From: Candidatus Latescibacterota bacterium
GTDB lineage: Bacteria; Latescibacterota; UBA2968; UBA8231
DNA length: 64,000 nucleotides
Direction: 5' to 3'
Assembly (NCBI GenBank): GCA_965197905.1
Contig: CBDAOB010000004.1
Location: 544,001 to 608,000 of the forward strand
Below are positions 9,866 to 20,800 of this stretch, in pieces (the stretch's first letter is position 1; each line of letters begins with the position of its first letter). Position numbers and translations under genes: made by a program. Below the pieces are notes generated by a model. The model worked only from the letters and a program-made list of their open reading frames with translations. It was not told the origin of the DNA and did no database searches.

Positions 9866-10939
9866 TCAAAATTTCTCGTTCCAGCGACACCGCTCGCACG
9901 TGGTAGGACCGCACTGATCAAACGCCCCACCCAGCTTGAAGAAATCAGGATGGCGGCCATTGGCGCTGCAGAGCGGCACCTGCAAACCGCCGCCACCGTC
10001 GTGATAGCCTGTGAACGCGGGACAATCCTCGCGTATCAAGTCTGACTCGCCCGGCACGGCCACGGGAGCCGGTGGAAAATCAAAGCTGCTTTCGACGCGC
10101 TGCGGTCCTCGCGACCAGGCGCGCAACATGGCGGCTCCCTTTGCCATAGCATCCTGTGCAAGATCCGCGCACTCGCGGGTCGGAGGACGCAAAGCCAGGC
10201 ACCAGGGATCATCTGCAAAAATGGTCGCCATGAAACTCTCGAAGGTGCGGGCGCGCATCAGCCCCGAACGCCCCTTCCCCACCTTTCCTTCCTTCAGAAT
10301 TCCGGCGGCGATACAGACATCCTGCATAATGCCCGGAAACTCGTACTGAATTCTTTTGGCGCCCACACAATGGTTCAGATGCCGCTCTCGTGGCCAGAAA
10401 TGACCCATGTACGGAATCTGTAGGACTTCCTCGTAATAATGCCAGAGGGTAATCGAATCCACGCCTACCCCCAGTGTTAGAATGCAGCCGTCCATTTCGC
10501 CCAGAGGTTCAAACGGATTGTGCGAACCACAGAAGGTTGGACAATCCTTGTGGCCCACCAGCAGATCGTTTGAGGCCGGACCCAACGCGACCCACGAATG
10601 GGTGGGATGACAGCTCCGCAATGAACCGGAGCGCCGTCTCACCGTTTCGGCGATTACCCCCTGAAAACCCGGCTGCTCGCTTGGACACAGCGGGCCCGTC
10701 TGTGTGCAGTCGCAGTCGCTGTTGGTAAAATTTTCCGGGTCGTCCCAAACGCTGTCTCGAAAAGCCGGCACGAGCAGGGTGCCTTCCGGGCCGACCGTCT
10801 CCAGAAGCGCGTCCACCACAGTTTCTGCGCCACCATCCACGAAGCCCAGTGCGCTCAATGAGCTGTGCATCATCACCGCGTCGCCGGTGCGGATGTCCAA
10901 CGCTTTGAGGTCCCCAGTTATCTGCTCGCGATCAATCAT
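9866..10939 (-). CDS. AAC(3)/Antibiotic_NAT family N-acetyltransferase with Cys-rich extension
   Basis: VMMHSSLSALGFVDGG, GTLLVPAF, RSCHPTHSW, ILTLGV motifs. Confidence 0.8.
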   Translation of the reverse strand: MIDREQITGDLKALDIRTGDAVMMHSSLSALGFVDGGAETVVDALLETVGPEGTLLVPAFRDSVWDDPENFTNSDCDCTQTGPLCPSEQPGFQGVIAETVRRRSGSLRSCHPTHSWVALGPASNDLLVGHKDCPTFCGSHNPFEPLGEMDGCILTLGVGVDSITLWHYYEEVLQIPYMGHFWPRERHLNHCVGAKRIQYEFPGIMQDVCIAAGILKEGKVGKGRSGLMRARTFESFMATIFADDPWCLALRPPTRECADLAQDAMAKGAAMLRAWSRGPQRVESSFDFPPAPVAVPGESDLIREDCPAFTGYHDGGGGLQVPLCSANGRHPDFFKLGGAFDQCGPTTCERCRWNEKF

Positions 10940-11130
10940 TGTTGCGTCCCTCCAGTTTGCGATCTCCACCCTAGGCGGCTGCCGGCTTGACGGGCTGAAG
11001 CCAAATTGTCCAATTGGGGGGTGAGGGTCAACCGCTCGGGGTATCAACTTGAGGTACGTGCGTCTCGAGAATAGTTTCCCCAGCTGCGGCTCGCAATTGT
11101 TTTAGATTCTGCAGTTCGTGGAAGGACGTT

Positions 11131-14025
11131 ATGATGGCCGTTGTATACGGGGCACTCCTCCTGGTGTTGGCTATTGGGCCAGCGTTGTCCGAGGGCCAGG
11201 AACTCTCGCTGAACCAGGAAACGCAGCAGCGGCTGCTGCTGCGTCGCGAACGGCCATCCTACCAGAATTACGCCTTCGACCACTATGCCCACTACCCGGA
11301 TCACACTTGGAGCAGGGGAAGCAGTAATGCCCGGCAGGGCATTGGGCCGGAACGGCCGCAGGCCTTATGGAGCCCCCTGGGCGACTACGTGATGACCGGG
11401 TACGACCTGTTCTTCTGGACCGAGCGTCGGCAAGCGGAACAGCGATTTGGCAGTGAGCTCTTCAAAGACTGGGGCAGCTGGCACCATGAATTCATCAACG
11501 TTATGGTGGCGAAGGATGGTTACCGAGACTGGGGGTACAGCGCCATAGTCGGCGACGGGCTGATCGCGCGTTTCACGCCACTGACCCTGTCGATGACGGA
11601 TTTCAACGGCACTCGCGTGGATGTTTCCCTTCCACAATTGAAGTTAACTGCGTTGGGCTCACGCATAGCGCGGCCGAACCGGGAGCACCCCTTAGCCAGG
11701 GGTGGCCAGGTGGAAGACGATCTGTCCACCATGCTACTAGGTAGCCGCGTTCAGGCCGATATTGGGCCGCTACACTTGGGGGTAAACGGGGTAAATCTGC
11801 ACGCCTACGACAGCACCAAGCTGAACAACAGTATCAAGGGGCAGCTGCGCATCGACCAGCCGCAATACAGCTGGCTCATCGTCCGCGTTACGGATGATGA
11901 GCCTACCGATGGCCGCGCCGGAGCCATGGTGCAGGACGTAGTGCTCATGATCAACGGCCAGCCACGACCCGATCTACAGCCACAAGTGATCCGGCACCGG
12001 GCCGATGTCCCGTCCCAAGTCGGCCGTACCCTCAACACCGGTCGATTTCTTCCGACCGGCTACAACAACGTGATCAAACCGTGCCAGTTCTGCTCGACGG
12101 CGAACAGGTATTACCAGAACGAGCAGATACCGCTCTTCGCCGACTATATCTACCTGGTCGCCCACGGCGAAGGTGAAGACGTCAGTATGACTACCAACCT
12201 GGACGAGTTGCTCAATCTGTTTTCCATGGAGTCGCCAGCTACTGTCCAACTCGCCGACGGAGATGAGCAGCTCATCTACCTGTTCGATATGAGGCAAGAG
12301 CCTCAGGTAGAGTCGGTTGAGGTGGAAGCGGTGTTGGGCAACGATTACCGGGTGGATTGGGCCGGGGTGTACCTGAACCAGAGCAATGCCACCGCCCCCA
12401 AGATTGAGGATCGGTTCCGTGCAACCTTCTATCGCACCGGGTTGCGTGCCCGGGATAGCGTCGAAGATGGATCGAACCTCAAACGTGTGCGCTTCAAGGT
12501 GGGAGAGAACACGGCGATTTTCACCTACAGTGCCGATATGCATCTGGCACTGCCGGGGCTGGTGATCAGTGGCGAATATGCACGCTCGGCGGTGTATGGG
12601 CGCTATCCGGCCAACATTGAGGGCCAGCTTCTGCCGTCGGCGGGACCGCGCTTTGCCAATCGGGGATCCGCCTATTTCGCCAACGCCACCCACTGGTTCG
12701 GTGGCGGTCGGATAGGCATGGAGTATTTCTCCATGAATCCGGACTTCACTACCGAGATGGAGGCCTATCTGTTTCAGGATTCCGGCTATAGGGTCTCCAC
12801 CGGCGGCGGCACCTACAGCCCGTATGGCGGATTGAGCAACGATACGGTCATCTGGCGGTTGGTGCAGGACAACGAGGACGGAGACCGCTGGCCCGACTAT
12901 TCCCTTGGGGTTGTTCTCGGCAGTCCACGGACGCCGACCGAGGACGGCGATGGAATATTTCCGGGCCAGGATGACAACAACGATGGCATTCCGGATACCA
13001 ATCGCAACGACAACGACATCCCGGATTACGAGGAGGATTTTCTGCTCTACGAGGTGGAGCCCAACGAATACTTCTACGGCCAGGACCGCAACAATAACGA
13101 CGAGCCCGATCAGCGCGAGGATGATTGGGACGTGGACTATCCGTACGATCCCGACCAGCGCGGCTACCATCTCTTCGGGCAGCTGGACCTGAGCAATTCG
13201 TGGTCTGCCGGAGTGGGACGCTACGCCATCGAGGGGTTGGCCAGTGGCGGCCGCAATCGCTCGAGTTACTTCTTGCTCGGCTATCGTCGCCAGGGGGTGG
13301 CGCGGTTGCAACGGCTCTTTTTCGAAAATCACTTGCGCCGGGTGCAGGACGACATTCCGGACGCGTTTCGCTTTACTGGCGGCAGCGGCGTTCTGGCCAG
13401 GCGGTCCGGTCGGGATCCCCTGTTCTACCAGGACAGCTATGTCAACGAGACCTATCTGGAAGGACAGCTGCGACCCTGGCCAAGGCTGAATCTGGTGCAG
13501 AAGCTGCGTCTGCGGCTCAACTGGCAACAGGGAGGACGGCTACCCAATAGCCGGTTCCAGCGCGCCCGCCGGCTGGACTTCTGGACCGTAGTCTCTCGGG
13601 TGGACTATACGTTGCATTGGGGTAACCTCCGGGTGACTCCACAGTTCAAGTATCTCTACTCGCGGCTGCAGGATCAGCGAGCAAGCCGGACGCTGGTGTT
13701 CGAGTACCGCATTGTTCCCATCATTAAGGTAGCGTATCCGTTAATGAGCCGGACTTCGTTGCAGGCGGGGGTGCAGGGTTGGGGACCTCTACCCTACCGG
13801 GTGAAGAACCGAACGCAAAAACAGGAGAGTTTCGAGCAGCGTACCGCCGTTTTCTCGGTGACAAACCGTTCCCGGTATTTGGGCTACGATCTACACACGA
13901 TCATCGGTTTTCAACGCCGTAATAGGCAGTTCGACGATCCCTTCCAGCGCTTCAGGGAATTCAATACCTGGGAGTTCTTTATGCGTGGGCTAGTGGGTTT
14001 CACCGAGTACGGCCGCGTGATCTAG
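11131..14025 (+). CDS. Large secreted or outer-membrane hypothetical protein with an Asp-rich Ca-binding-like segment
   Basis: 964-aa ORF, signal peptide, DNEDGDRWPD/DDNNDGIPD/DRNNNDEPD repeats, beta-strand-rich C-terminus. Confidence 0.75.
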   Translation: MMAVVYGALLLVLAIGPALSEGQELSLNQETQQRLLLRRERPSYQNYAFDHYAHYPDHTWSRGSSNARQGIGPERPQALWSPLGDYVMTGYDLFFWTERRQAEQRFGSELFKDWGSWHHEFINVMVAKDGYRDWGYSAIVGDGLIARFTPLTLSMTDFNGTRVDVSLPQLKLTALGSRIARPNREHPLARGGQVEDDLSTMLLGSRVQADIGPLHLGVNGVNLHAYDSTKLNNSIKGQLRIDQPQYSWLIVRVTDDEPTDGRAGAMVQDVVLMINGQPRPDLQPQVIRHRADVPSQVGRTLNTGRFLPTGYNNVIKPCQFCSTANRYYQNEQIPLFADYIYLVAHGEGEDVSMTTNLDELLNLFSMESPATVQLADGDEQLIYLFDMRQEPQVESVEVEAVLGNDYRVDWAGVYLNQSNATAPKIEDRFRATFYRTGLRARDSVEDGSNLKRVRFKVGENTAIFTYSADMHLALPGLVISGEYARSAVYGRYPANIEGQLLPSAGPRFANRGSAYFANATHWFGGGRIGMEYFSMNPDFTTEMEAYLFQDSGYRVSTGGGTYSPYGGLSNDTVIWRLVQDNEDGDRWPDYSLGVVLGSPRTPTEDGDGIFPGQDDNNDGIPDTNRNDNDIPDYEEDFLLYEVEPNEYFYGQDRNNNDEPDQREDDWDVDYPYDPDQRGYHLFGQLDLSNSWSAGVGRYAIEGLASGGRNRSSYFLLGYRRQGVARLQRLFFENHLRRVQDDIPDAFRFTGGSGVLARRSGRDPLFYQDSYVNETYLEGQLRPWPRLNLVQKLRLRLNWQQGGRLPNSRFQRARRLDFWTVVSRVDYTLHWGNLRVTPQFKYLYSRLQDQRASRTLVFEYRIVPIIKVAYPLMSRTSLQAGVQGWGPLPYRVKNRTQKQESFEQRTAVFSVTNRSRYLGYDLHTIIGFQRRNRQFDDPFQRFREFNTWEFFMRGLVGFTEYGRVI

Positions 14026-14368
14026 AGCCCTATGAGCCACCCGTTTCGCTCGGGAAGAAACCTTCCGGAGTCATGCTTTCACTCCTCTCCAGATGTTTGC
14101 GGGCGACAGATTCTCCAGATACTTCAGTGAGTGACTGGCTTGGAATATCAGCGGGGGCTTTCGAGAAGGAGGTTTTCGGTGGTGGTTGCGAAGCGCTGCG
14201 AGCCTTCTGCACGAGTTGAGTCTCTGTGGACTGATCAGTCGATGGGTGTCACGCCTTTCTTGAGAATGACAGGTTCAGTAAATCGCTTCGGCGACTTGAT
14301 TGCCCACCTCGGTGAGCCGTCCTAATCTTCGTACCATGACCGACATGCGAGCATTAGCAGCGTTCTTC

Positions 14369-15088
14369 ATGAAGCAACTTTGCCGAATACTCGTTCTCTG
14401 CTCGCTCGGATGTGCAGGAGTGTTAACACTGCCACCCGTGGAGGAGGTCCATGAATACGATGTCGATGGCTATCCCATGGTCATCGATAGGAACAATGCA
14501 AAACTGTTTCAAACTCACGACAGCCGAAGCCGTCTTCTTAGGTACCTGCCGAAAGGAGCTATAGTAAGGGCGCTTGCCGAAGCGGGGTCTAAGGGGAAGG
14601 TCGCGTACTACAAGGTGCGTACCCGTAGTGGAACGATAGGTTGGTTTAAGCGATGGGATTTGGATTCAATAACTGAGGATGAAGCCGAGTTGATCATATT
14701 ACGCGACCAGCAGGCTTTTGAGCAGTCGCTTCAGGATTCCATATTCAATGCGGCCCGTTCACATATCAAGGCGCTAGGCATTCATTGGCTATCTCATGTC
14801 CAGGCAATTCAGCTCACTAATGAAATTGTCCCAGATGCCTCCGGTAGCAGCATAGACTTTGGTGTTCAGGCGCTCATGGTTGGGAGCATTCTTGGGGAAG
14901 ACAAACATCAAATCGACCTGACGGTGAATGTCCTCATTCACCTAAATCGTGATCACTTGTCGCGATCAATTGTGGAGGTCAACCGGGTTGTCTTGACTAG
15001 AGACCAGAAAGTTGATGGGTTAACGTTATCCCAGAAGCTCGGCTTGTTGAAGATTGTCGCTCCTATGCTGGGCATCCTAGTGCCTTAA
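14369..15088 (+). CDS. Hypothetical lipoprotein with an SH3b-like segment
   Basis: Lipobox SLGC; YYKVRTRSGTIGW motif. Confidence 0.6.
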   Translation: MKQLCRILVLCSLGCAGVLTLPPVEEVHEYDVDGYPMVIDRNNAKLFQTHDSRSRLLRYLPKGAIVRALAEAGSKGKVAYYKVRTRSGTIGWFKRWDLDSITEDEAELIILRDQQAFEQSLQDSIFNAARSHIKALGIHWLSHVQAIQLTNEIVPDASGSSIDFGVQALMVGSILGEDKHQIDLTVNVLIHLNRDHLSRSIVEVNRVVLTRDQKVDGLTLSQKLGLLKIVAPMLGILVP

Positions 15089-15649
15089 TTCGCGCAGTGA
15101 ACGATCGCTCCGTTCTGCAGCAGTAGATCAGTAATCCTCCTCCTGAGCAAGTAGTCCTCCAGCAGCACCCCGACCCCAAAGCTCCTGAGTTCCATGAGAA
15201 TGCCTCCTATTGGACAGGAGGGAAAACAAAGTCAGTGCCAAATGGAGTTTCTCTGTCGACAGGCTCACTGCCAACGCAAGCGTGTAATACGGGTATCAGA
15301 GTTGTGGCGTCGAGGTGATGTTCGTACCCTGAGATTTGCAATTATCAAGACACCCTATGATTACACTATGAAAAGTCTCATCCTCAGCATCTCTGCCTGG
15401 TGTATCGCATCTGCTCTCTACATGCTCGTCCGCTTCGTGGGCGCTGAATCCTTACTAATTGAGCTTCCACGAAAGCGGGCATCGCTTCTATGTGGATTTT
15501 TGCGAGTCTCTTTCTCGGCGTAGCGTACGCAGCCAGCTTGGCGTTGTCTGAAAAACCCAGCGTAAGACGAAGGTCGTAACCAGGTGAAGGGGGAGCGACC
15601 GAACGCTGACTCGTACTCTGGCAAAACCCCTTGCTGCCGAACCTCGCGG

Positions 15650-16147
15650 CTACAAGTGCCCGTGCAGTATGAGCGCCCATGCGAGGCAGCCGAACGCGAC
15701 CGTCGAGGCCGCGACCCGCAAGAGGTTCGACCTGACCCACTTCGCTTCGTTGAACCGCTCACGCTCAGCGGCGAGATCGATCTCGCCCGGATTCCCAGCC
15801 GCCTTGATTCCGTTGTTGAGCGGTACGTTGACAGCGATGGTTAGGGCAACAATCGCTAACTGCAGCACAAGCGCCCCACCGATCCAAGGCAGCGCCGATC
15901 GCTGGTCCGCACCCAGGTAGAGCGCCCCCGCCAGAGCGCTGAAGATCAGCGGACTCAAGAAAAAGACTGACAGAAAGGGCACCCGGACGACCGCCGTGTC
16001 GATCTGCTGGAAAGCGAAGACGAAAGTGCGATCGTCGGTGCTGCGCAGCCCGGGCATGATGCCGAAGGCGTAGAGTTGGTAGACCCCCGCTCCTATTCCC
16101 ATGGTCATCGTGGCCGCCAGCAGCGCGGCCGTCTGGAGTAGCTCCAT
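15650..16147 (-). CDS. DUF1772/anthrone oxygenase family membrane protein
   Basis: Four hydrophobic helices; MPGL, TIAVNVPLNN, W...NLLR motifs. Confidence 0.85.
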   Translation of the reverse strand: MELLQTAALLAATMTMGIGAGVYQLYAFGIMPGLRSTDDRTFVFAFQQIDTAVVRVPFLSVFFLSPLIFSALAGALYLGADQRSALPWIGGALVLQLAIVALTIAVNVPLNNGIKAAGNPGEIDLAAERERFNEAKWVRSNLLRVAASTVAFGCLAWALILHGHL

Positions 16148-16168
16148 TTCGGGTCCTCCCGTCCCGTG

Positions 16169-17233
16169 CTAGTGCATGATGTAATACAGGATCATCGTCT
16201 CGCAATGGCTGTCTGCCCAGACGTCCACGACAGAGAGCCTGTCTTTCCATCTGTCGATGATCGCATCGGAACATTCTCCTCTTACCGACTCGATTGCAGA
16301 GCGGTAAGCGAGATTGTCGTTCGAATACTCAATAGCCTCGAAAACCGTGCCGAATCGCTCCAATAGCGTCGGCTTGGCATTCAGGATAGTATCCCTCACA
16401 TCAAGCACATACTCTCTCGCCTCGACAACATCATTGCGATTACCCAGGATGGAGACGTGTCCGGAGAGAATGATGTCAAAGTCATACAGCAAGATCTCGT
16501 CAAAAAAGTTGATGTACTCCCCGATATCTGCCGTTACTCCGAAATCCATGAACGGCGCTTCACCTGGCGTTATCGTATCGACGGCCATGATGAATCTCTG
16601 CTTCGGCACATATATGATCACATCCGTATCTTCTGAATGAAATGCGGCGGACTTCAACTCGACCTTCTCACCGCCGAGTGAAAATTCAAATTGACCCTGG
16701 AAAGTCTTCGTAGGCGGTAGGATATTGGGGTTCCCTCCCTCCTCTATGCTCTCCGCAACTTCTAGCGGAGCGACGACTTGCAGACCTTGGACGTCACTGA
16801 ATGCACTGGCACCGCCGACGTGATCTGCGTGACCGTGACTGTAGACCAGGTACTTGATCGCCTCACTGGGGACGCGCTGCTTGATCGCTTCGGGTAATTT
16901 CCAGGCAAAACTTGGGGGAGCATCAAAGACGATCACGCCTGCGCCCGTCTTCAAGAAAGCCGATTGGTAAATACCGTCCGTAACATAGAAGAGGTCTGGC
17001 TTGACTTCTTCGACATACATTCGAGTCACGGGGTCGAGTTGCGGCATCCTCGCTCTCGTCTTTTCCAATACAGGAGCAAAGGACCGGTACGAATTAACAC
17101 CCTTCGGATTGAGGCTTACGACGTTGGCCGTGATCCTCTCCACTGAATCCGCTTGTGCGTTCAATGCCAGGGGCCCAACAATTGAGACGGCTGCGCCAGC
17201 GACAAGTACGAATAATGAGGAATGTTTCGACAT
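16169..17233 (-). CDS. Secreted metallo-beta-lactamase-fold hydrolase
   Basis: Signal peptide; YSHGHADH, AFHS, MAVD, LSGH ligand motifs. Confidence 0.85.
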   Translation of the reverse strand: MSKHSSLFVLVAGAAVSIVGPLALNAQADSVERITANVVSLNPKGVNSYRSFAPVLEKTRARMPQLDPVTRMYVEEVKPDLFYVTDGIYQSAFLKTGAGVIVFDAPPSFAWKLPEAIKQRVPSEAIKYLVYSHGHADHVGGASAFSDVQGLQVVAPLEVAESIEEGGNPNILPPTKTFQGQFEFSLGGEKVELKSAAFHSEDTDVIIYVPKQRFIMAVDTITPGEAPFMDFGVTADIGEYINFFDEILLYDFDIILSGHVSILGNRNDVVEAREYVLDVRDTILNAKPTLLERFGTVFEAIEYSNDNLAYRSAIESVRGECSDAIIDRWKDRLSVVDVWADSHCETMILYYIMH

Positions 17234-17302
17234 GATATTTGCCCTCCTATAGGTGTTTCAACTGACGAATATTATCGAACAGAGCACCAGCTCGCAACCG
17301 GA

Positions 17303-18394
17303 TCATTGTGCCGAAGGCCGGAGCCCTACGATCCATTGCTCAAGCGTGCGCAGCCCGGCGGCATCGAGGATCTCCGTGGCGATCGGAGGCATACCTCGCC
17401 TGAAGCGCCTGCTTCCATCCGCGCACCGAAAGAGCTGACTGGCCGAGGGCGATCCCGGGACCACGTAAGAACCTATGGAGGTTCTGTAGGTGGTAGTCAC
17501 GCCTGGGGTCGAGAGCGATGCGACTTGAAGCCAGAGATCAAGGTCCTCAGGGGGCTTGAAAAAACGTGCGTCGGTGGGACGCGCGCTATTGTGGCAACTC
17601 CCGCAGTTCGAGTGGAGATAGCCGAGCGCCTGCGACTCGGTCGGGTTTCCGGGTACGCGAACAGGCGACGTGGGTAGGTCGGAGAGCAAACCCTCGTCAG
17701 TCAGGCGACGAAGGGTGAGGTCGTCCGTCGAGACGGGCGCGTGACTGAGCTGAATCGCCGAAAACCCGAGGATGCGATGGGATCGACCACCGTGGCAGGC
17801 CGTGCAGGCTCTGGCCGACGGAACGTCGTGGGCGGTCCCCAGCACGTTTTCGACTCCGTCCGATCGGGCGACGGCCTCGGTCTGCTCCGCGTTCCACACG
17901 TACGCGACCCCCACCCAACCATCCGGATCGGAAGCCACGCGCGTGAGAAGCCGGGTCTCGAGACGCCGGTTGCCATGCGAGAACTCCTTCCACAATTGGG
18001 TGCCGATCGGAAACATCCATGAGTCCATGTCGGATGTATCGATCCGGCCGTCCGGCGGAAGTCGAATCCACCGCCGTTTATCGGCGCCGTCGCTCCACAG
18101 CTCGTACGCCGGCTCGAACGATCTGAGGTCGCCCGCGACTGTGTTCAGCGACTCGTCGGAATAGAGGCCAGCCCGCGATATTCGGTCAGGAAGATGCTTA
18201 ACACGCGGAGAGAGCGGGGGAAGCTTGTAGGCAGAGCACCCCAACACCGCCAGTGCTGCGAGCAGCGCCGAGGAGCACATGAGTGCCTTCACGTTCAGGC
18301 GATGTGTCACGGCCGAGTTAGCTCCACAGTCAAATGGCGAGGCGATGAACTGTACGACAATGTCCGCAGAAAAATGTGCGACTATCGCCCCCAC
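17303..18394 (-). CDS. Diheme c-type cytochrome lipoprotein (SO2930-like)
   Basis: CTACH and CGSCH heme motifs; LWSDGADKRRW, FPIGT, RLETRLL, MPP motifs; start uncertain. Confidence 0.75.
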   Translation of the reverse strand: MGAIVAHFSADIVVQFIASPFDCGANSAVTHRLNVKALMCSSALLAALAVLGCSAYKLPPLSPRVKHLPDRISRAGLYSDESLNTVAGDLRSFEPAYELWSDGADKRRWIRLPPDGRIDTSDMDSWMFPIGTQLWKEFSHGNRRLETRLLTRVASDPDGWVGVAYVWNAEQTEAVARSDGVENVLGTAHDVPSARACTACHGGRSHRILGFSAIQLSHAPVSTDDLTLRRLTDEGLLSDLPTSPVRVPGNPTESQALGYLHSNCGSCHNSARPTDARFFKPPEDLDLWLQVASLSTPGVTTTYRTSIGSYVVPGSPSASQLFRCADGSRRFRRGMPPIATEILDAAGLRTLEQWIVGLRPSAQ

Positions 18395-18699
18395 GGTTAG
18401 CAGATCCAGCTTTCCCCCCCTCTTTCTCGCTTCGACCGAACCGACACCACTATTTCAATGTTTCGTCCATAGAATAGCTCCCTATTTCGGCTGTACCCAG
18501 GATAATCAGCGTGGCACATCTCAACCGTTCTTAAAGGGTATCTGCATGTACGAGCGTAAGTGCTTGTGAATATTGCTGATTTTACTCTGAAATAGCGTAT
18601 CTTAAAAGTATACAGATCGCCGAGCTCAGGGAGTACGCTAAGGTGCACACGAGATGTGAGGTCGAGCGGGCAAAGCGGTCAAAAGCCCATACCAAAACG

Positions 18700-18928
18700 A
18701 TGTCGGCCTTGCGCTGTCGAACGTCGCCCATCATGCGATCGAGTTCTGGTCGCTGCCTCGCGGCACCTGAGCAATGGTCAACGTATTCGCCTGCCCCGTG
18801 GATGCCGATACTTAGGTTGCCGGCATTGTTATGACCTGACCTATATCAGCTGCCAGGATAGCCACAAGTTCGACCGGTTGTATGCGTCGATTGGAGCAAG
18901 ACTGGGCCTGGATGGATCTACGCTTTAA
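18700..18928 (+). pseudogene. Relic of a small Zn-finger-like hypothetical gene
   Basis: GCRHCYDLTYISCQDSHK motif with no intact N-terminus; boundaries approximate. Confidence 0.4.
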
Positions 18929-18994
18929 TCTGGCAGGTCGAAAGCGATTAGCTGGAAACCTGAATCTCACGATACGCAACACCTGGAGATCGAA

Positions 18995-20575
18995 ATGGCT
19001 GACCAACGGCAGGAAATTCTCGAACGCGGCAGTTACTTTCCGGGCGATTGGGTGCGCCCGCGATTCAATCCCGGCACCTGGATGGCGATGGTGGACGTGA
19101 CGGAGATTTTTCCGGGCCACCGCGCCGGCACTCGTGATGGTCGTTATGTCCTCTTCGACGGGCCGATCGGTGTCAACCTGCGGGTGGAGGAGGCGCAGAA
19201 ATCGGCACCGTTTCTGGCTCCTGAAACAGAATGGGAAGAGGAAGGCCATTTGAGCCCCTCCTATATCTGGAACGAAGATGGGCGGCTTCACATGCTGTAC
19301 GAGGGCACAGGAAACGACACCTCCTGCTATGCCGTCAGCGAGGACGGTTACCATTGGGACCGCCCGGCGCTGGGTCTAACCGAGTTCAATGGGTCAACGG
19401 AAAACAACATCCTCAACATCCATGTACCCGCCAGCATCTTCGAAGATCCCTCGGCGCCACCCGCCGAGCGCTACAAGGCGATGGGCGGCAGAGGCGTCTG
19501 GGTCGACCGAGAAACCGGCGAGGAAGTAGACGCCGCCGCTGCAGACCCATGCTGGCGTGCCGAACAGTATGAAGGTCGAGCCTATACCGGTCGCAAGGTG
19601 GTGTTGAAGGGGGTAATGGAGGGCTACACCTCGCCCGACCGCCTGTGCTGGACCAAGATCGCCGAACCGCTCGCCAACTATTCGGTCAACGGCAGTCTTT
19701 CCCCTGGCTACGACGAAGACAACAAGACCTACTTCGCGTTTATGCAGCCCCAGGGAGTCGCTCCCTCAGAGCCGGGTCTGGGCGCCGGTGTCCCCGAGAC
19801 CGAGGTGGTGCGGCGCGCGATCGGGCTGGCGCGGACGAAGGATTTCCGCCACTGGCCGGCGCCCAAGCTCTTGATCCATCCGGACGCACAAGACCCGTTG
19901 GACATATCGTTCTACGGGCCGTCCTACTCGGTCTATCCGGGACGGCGGGATCTGCACGTCATGATCCTCACGGTTTTCCATCAGGTCACCAGCCACACGG
20001 ATCTGCAAATCGCCTTCAGTCGCGACGGTCAGGTGTGGACGCGGCCCGAACGCCGGGCCGTCGCCAAGGTTGGCCCGAGGGGAAGCGGCGAAGATTGCGG
20101 GCTTTACGCATGGCGGCATGGTCTGGTGGAGCTTCCCGATGGTTGTTGGGCCGTACATTACCAGGGGTTTTCAATCCTGCACACTTCCGGTCCCGCTTTT
20201 TTCCCGAAGGCCAAGCCGATCCAGAACCATTGGGCCTGCTGGCGCCCGCATCGGCTCTGCGGCGTCGAGGCCGAGAGCAAAGGACGATTCACCGTTCCCA
20301 CGGTGTTTCGCCGGGAAGACGAGCTGCACCTGAACTACCGGTGTGCTCCCGGTGGCTGGATCAGCGTCGAGCTGCTGCAGCTCGTTCCCTCAAAGAACTG
20401 TCCCGACGTGGAGCCCCTCGAGGGGTTCACCTTCGCGACCTGCGACCGGCTGACGGGAGACGAGGAAGACCAGGTCGTTACCTGGAGAGGAAGCAGCGAT
20501 ATATCCAGCGTGGGTGAGATGGCGGCGATTCGCATCAAGATGTTTCAGGCGAAGCTGTTCGCCTATAGGATGTAG
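18995..20575 (+). CDS. Beta-propeller glycosidase-like hypothetical protein
   Basis: 526 aa; Asp-box motifs AVSEDGYHW, TSPDRLCW, FSRDGQVW. Confidence 0.8.
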   Translation: MADQRQEILERGSYFPGDWVRPRFNPGTWMAMVDVTEIFPGHRAGTRDGRYVLFDGPIGVNLRVEEAQKSAPFLAPETEWEEEGHLSPSYIWNEDGRLHMLYEGTGNDTSCYAVSEDGYHWDRPALGLTEFNGSTENNILNIHVPASIFEDPSAPPAERYKAMGGRGVWVDRETGEEVDAAAADPCWRAEQYEGRAYTGRKVVLKGVMEGYTSPDRLCWTKIAEPLANYSVNGSLSPGYDEDNKTYFAFMQPQGVAPSEPGLGAGVPETEVVRRAIGLARTKDFRHWPAPKLLIHPDAQDPLDISFYGPSYSVYPGRRDLHVMILTVFHQVTSHTDLQIAFSRDGQVWTRPERRAVAKVGPRGSGEDCGLYAWRHGLVELPDGCWAVHYQGFSILHTSGPAFFPKAKPIQNHWACWRPHRLCGVEAESKGRFTVPTVFRREDELHLNYRCAPGGWISVELLQLVPSKNCPDVEPLEGFTFATCDRLTGDEEDQVVTWRGSSDISSVGEMAAIRIKMFQAKLFAYRM

Positions 20576-20800
20576 AACCGCTCCCGACCGGGAGCAACGG
20601 CTGGGCAGCGGCGAAGGCAAGGGCCGTGGCTGGGGCTGGACCTGGTTCGGGGACTTGGGCAATGGCGGGAACGGAGGCAATGGAGGGGGCGGGGGAGAGT
20701 AGCCGAGCCTAACGCTCTACTCCTTCACATGTAGGCTTTCGATACAAGGGAGCAGTAGCATTCCCGGCGACGCCGTCCGTCAGTGAAAGGACCGATTTGT

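Noticed and set aside
11974..13527. Long minus-strand ORF (517 aa)
   Set aside because: Antisense shadow of 11131..14025
20620..20702. Functional G-quadruplex
   Set aside because: The G-richness is explained by a Gly-rich coding remnant (GNGGNGGNGGGGGE*)
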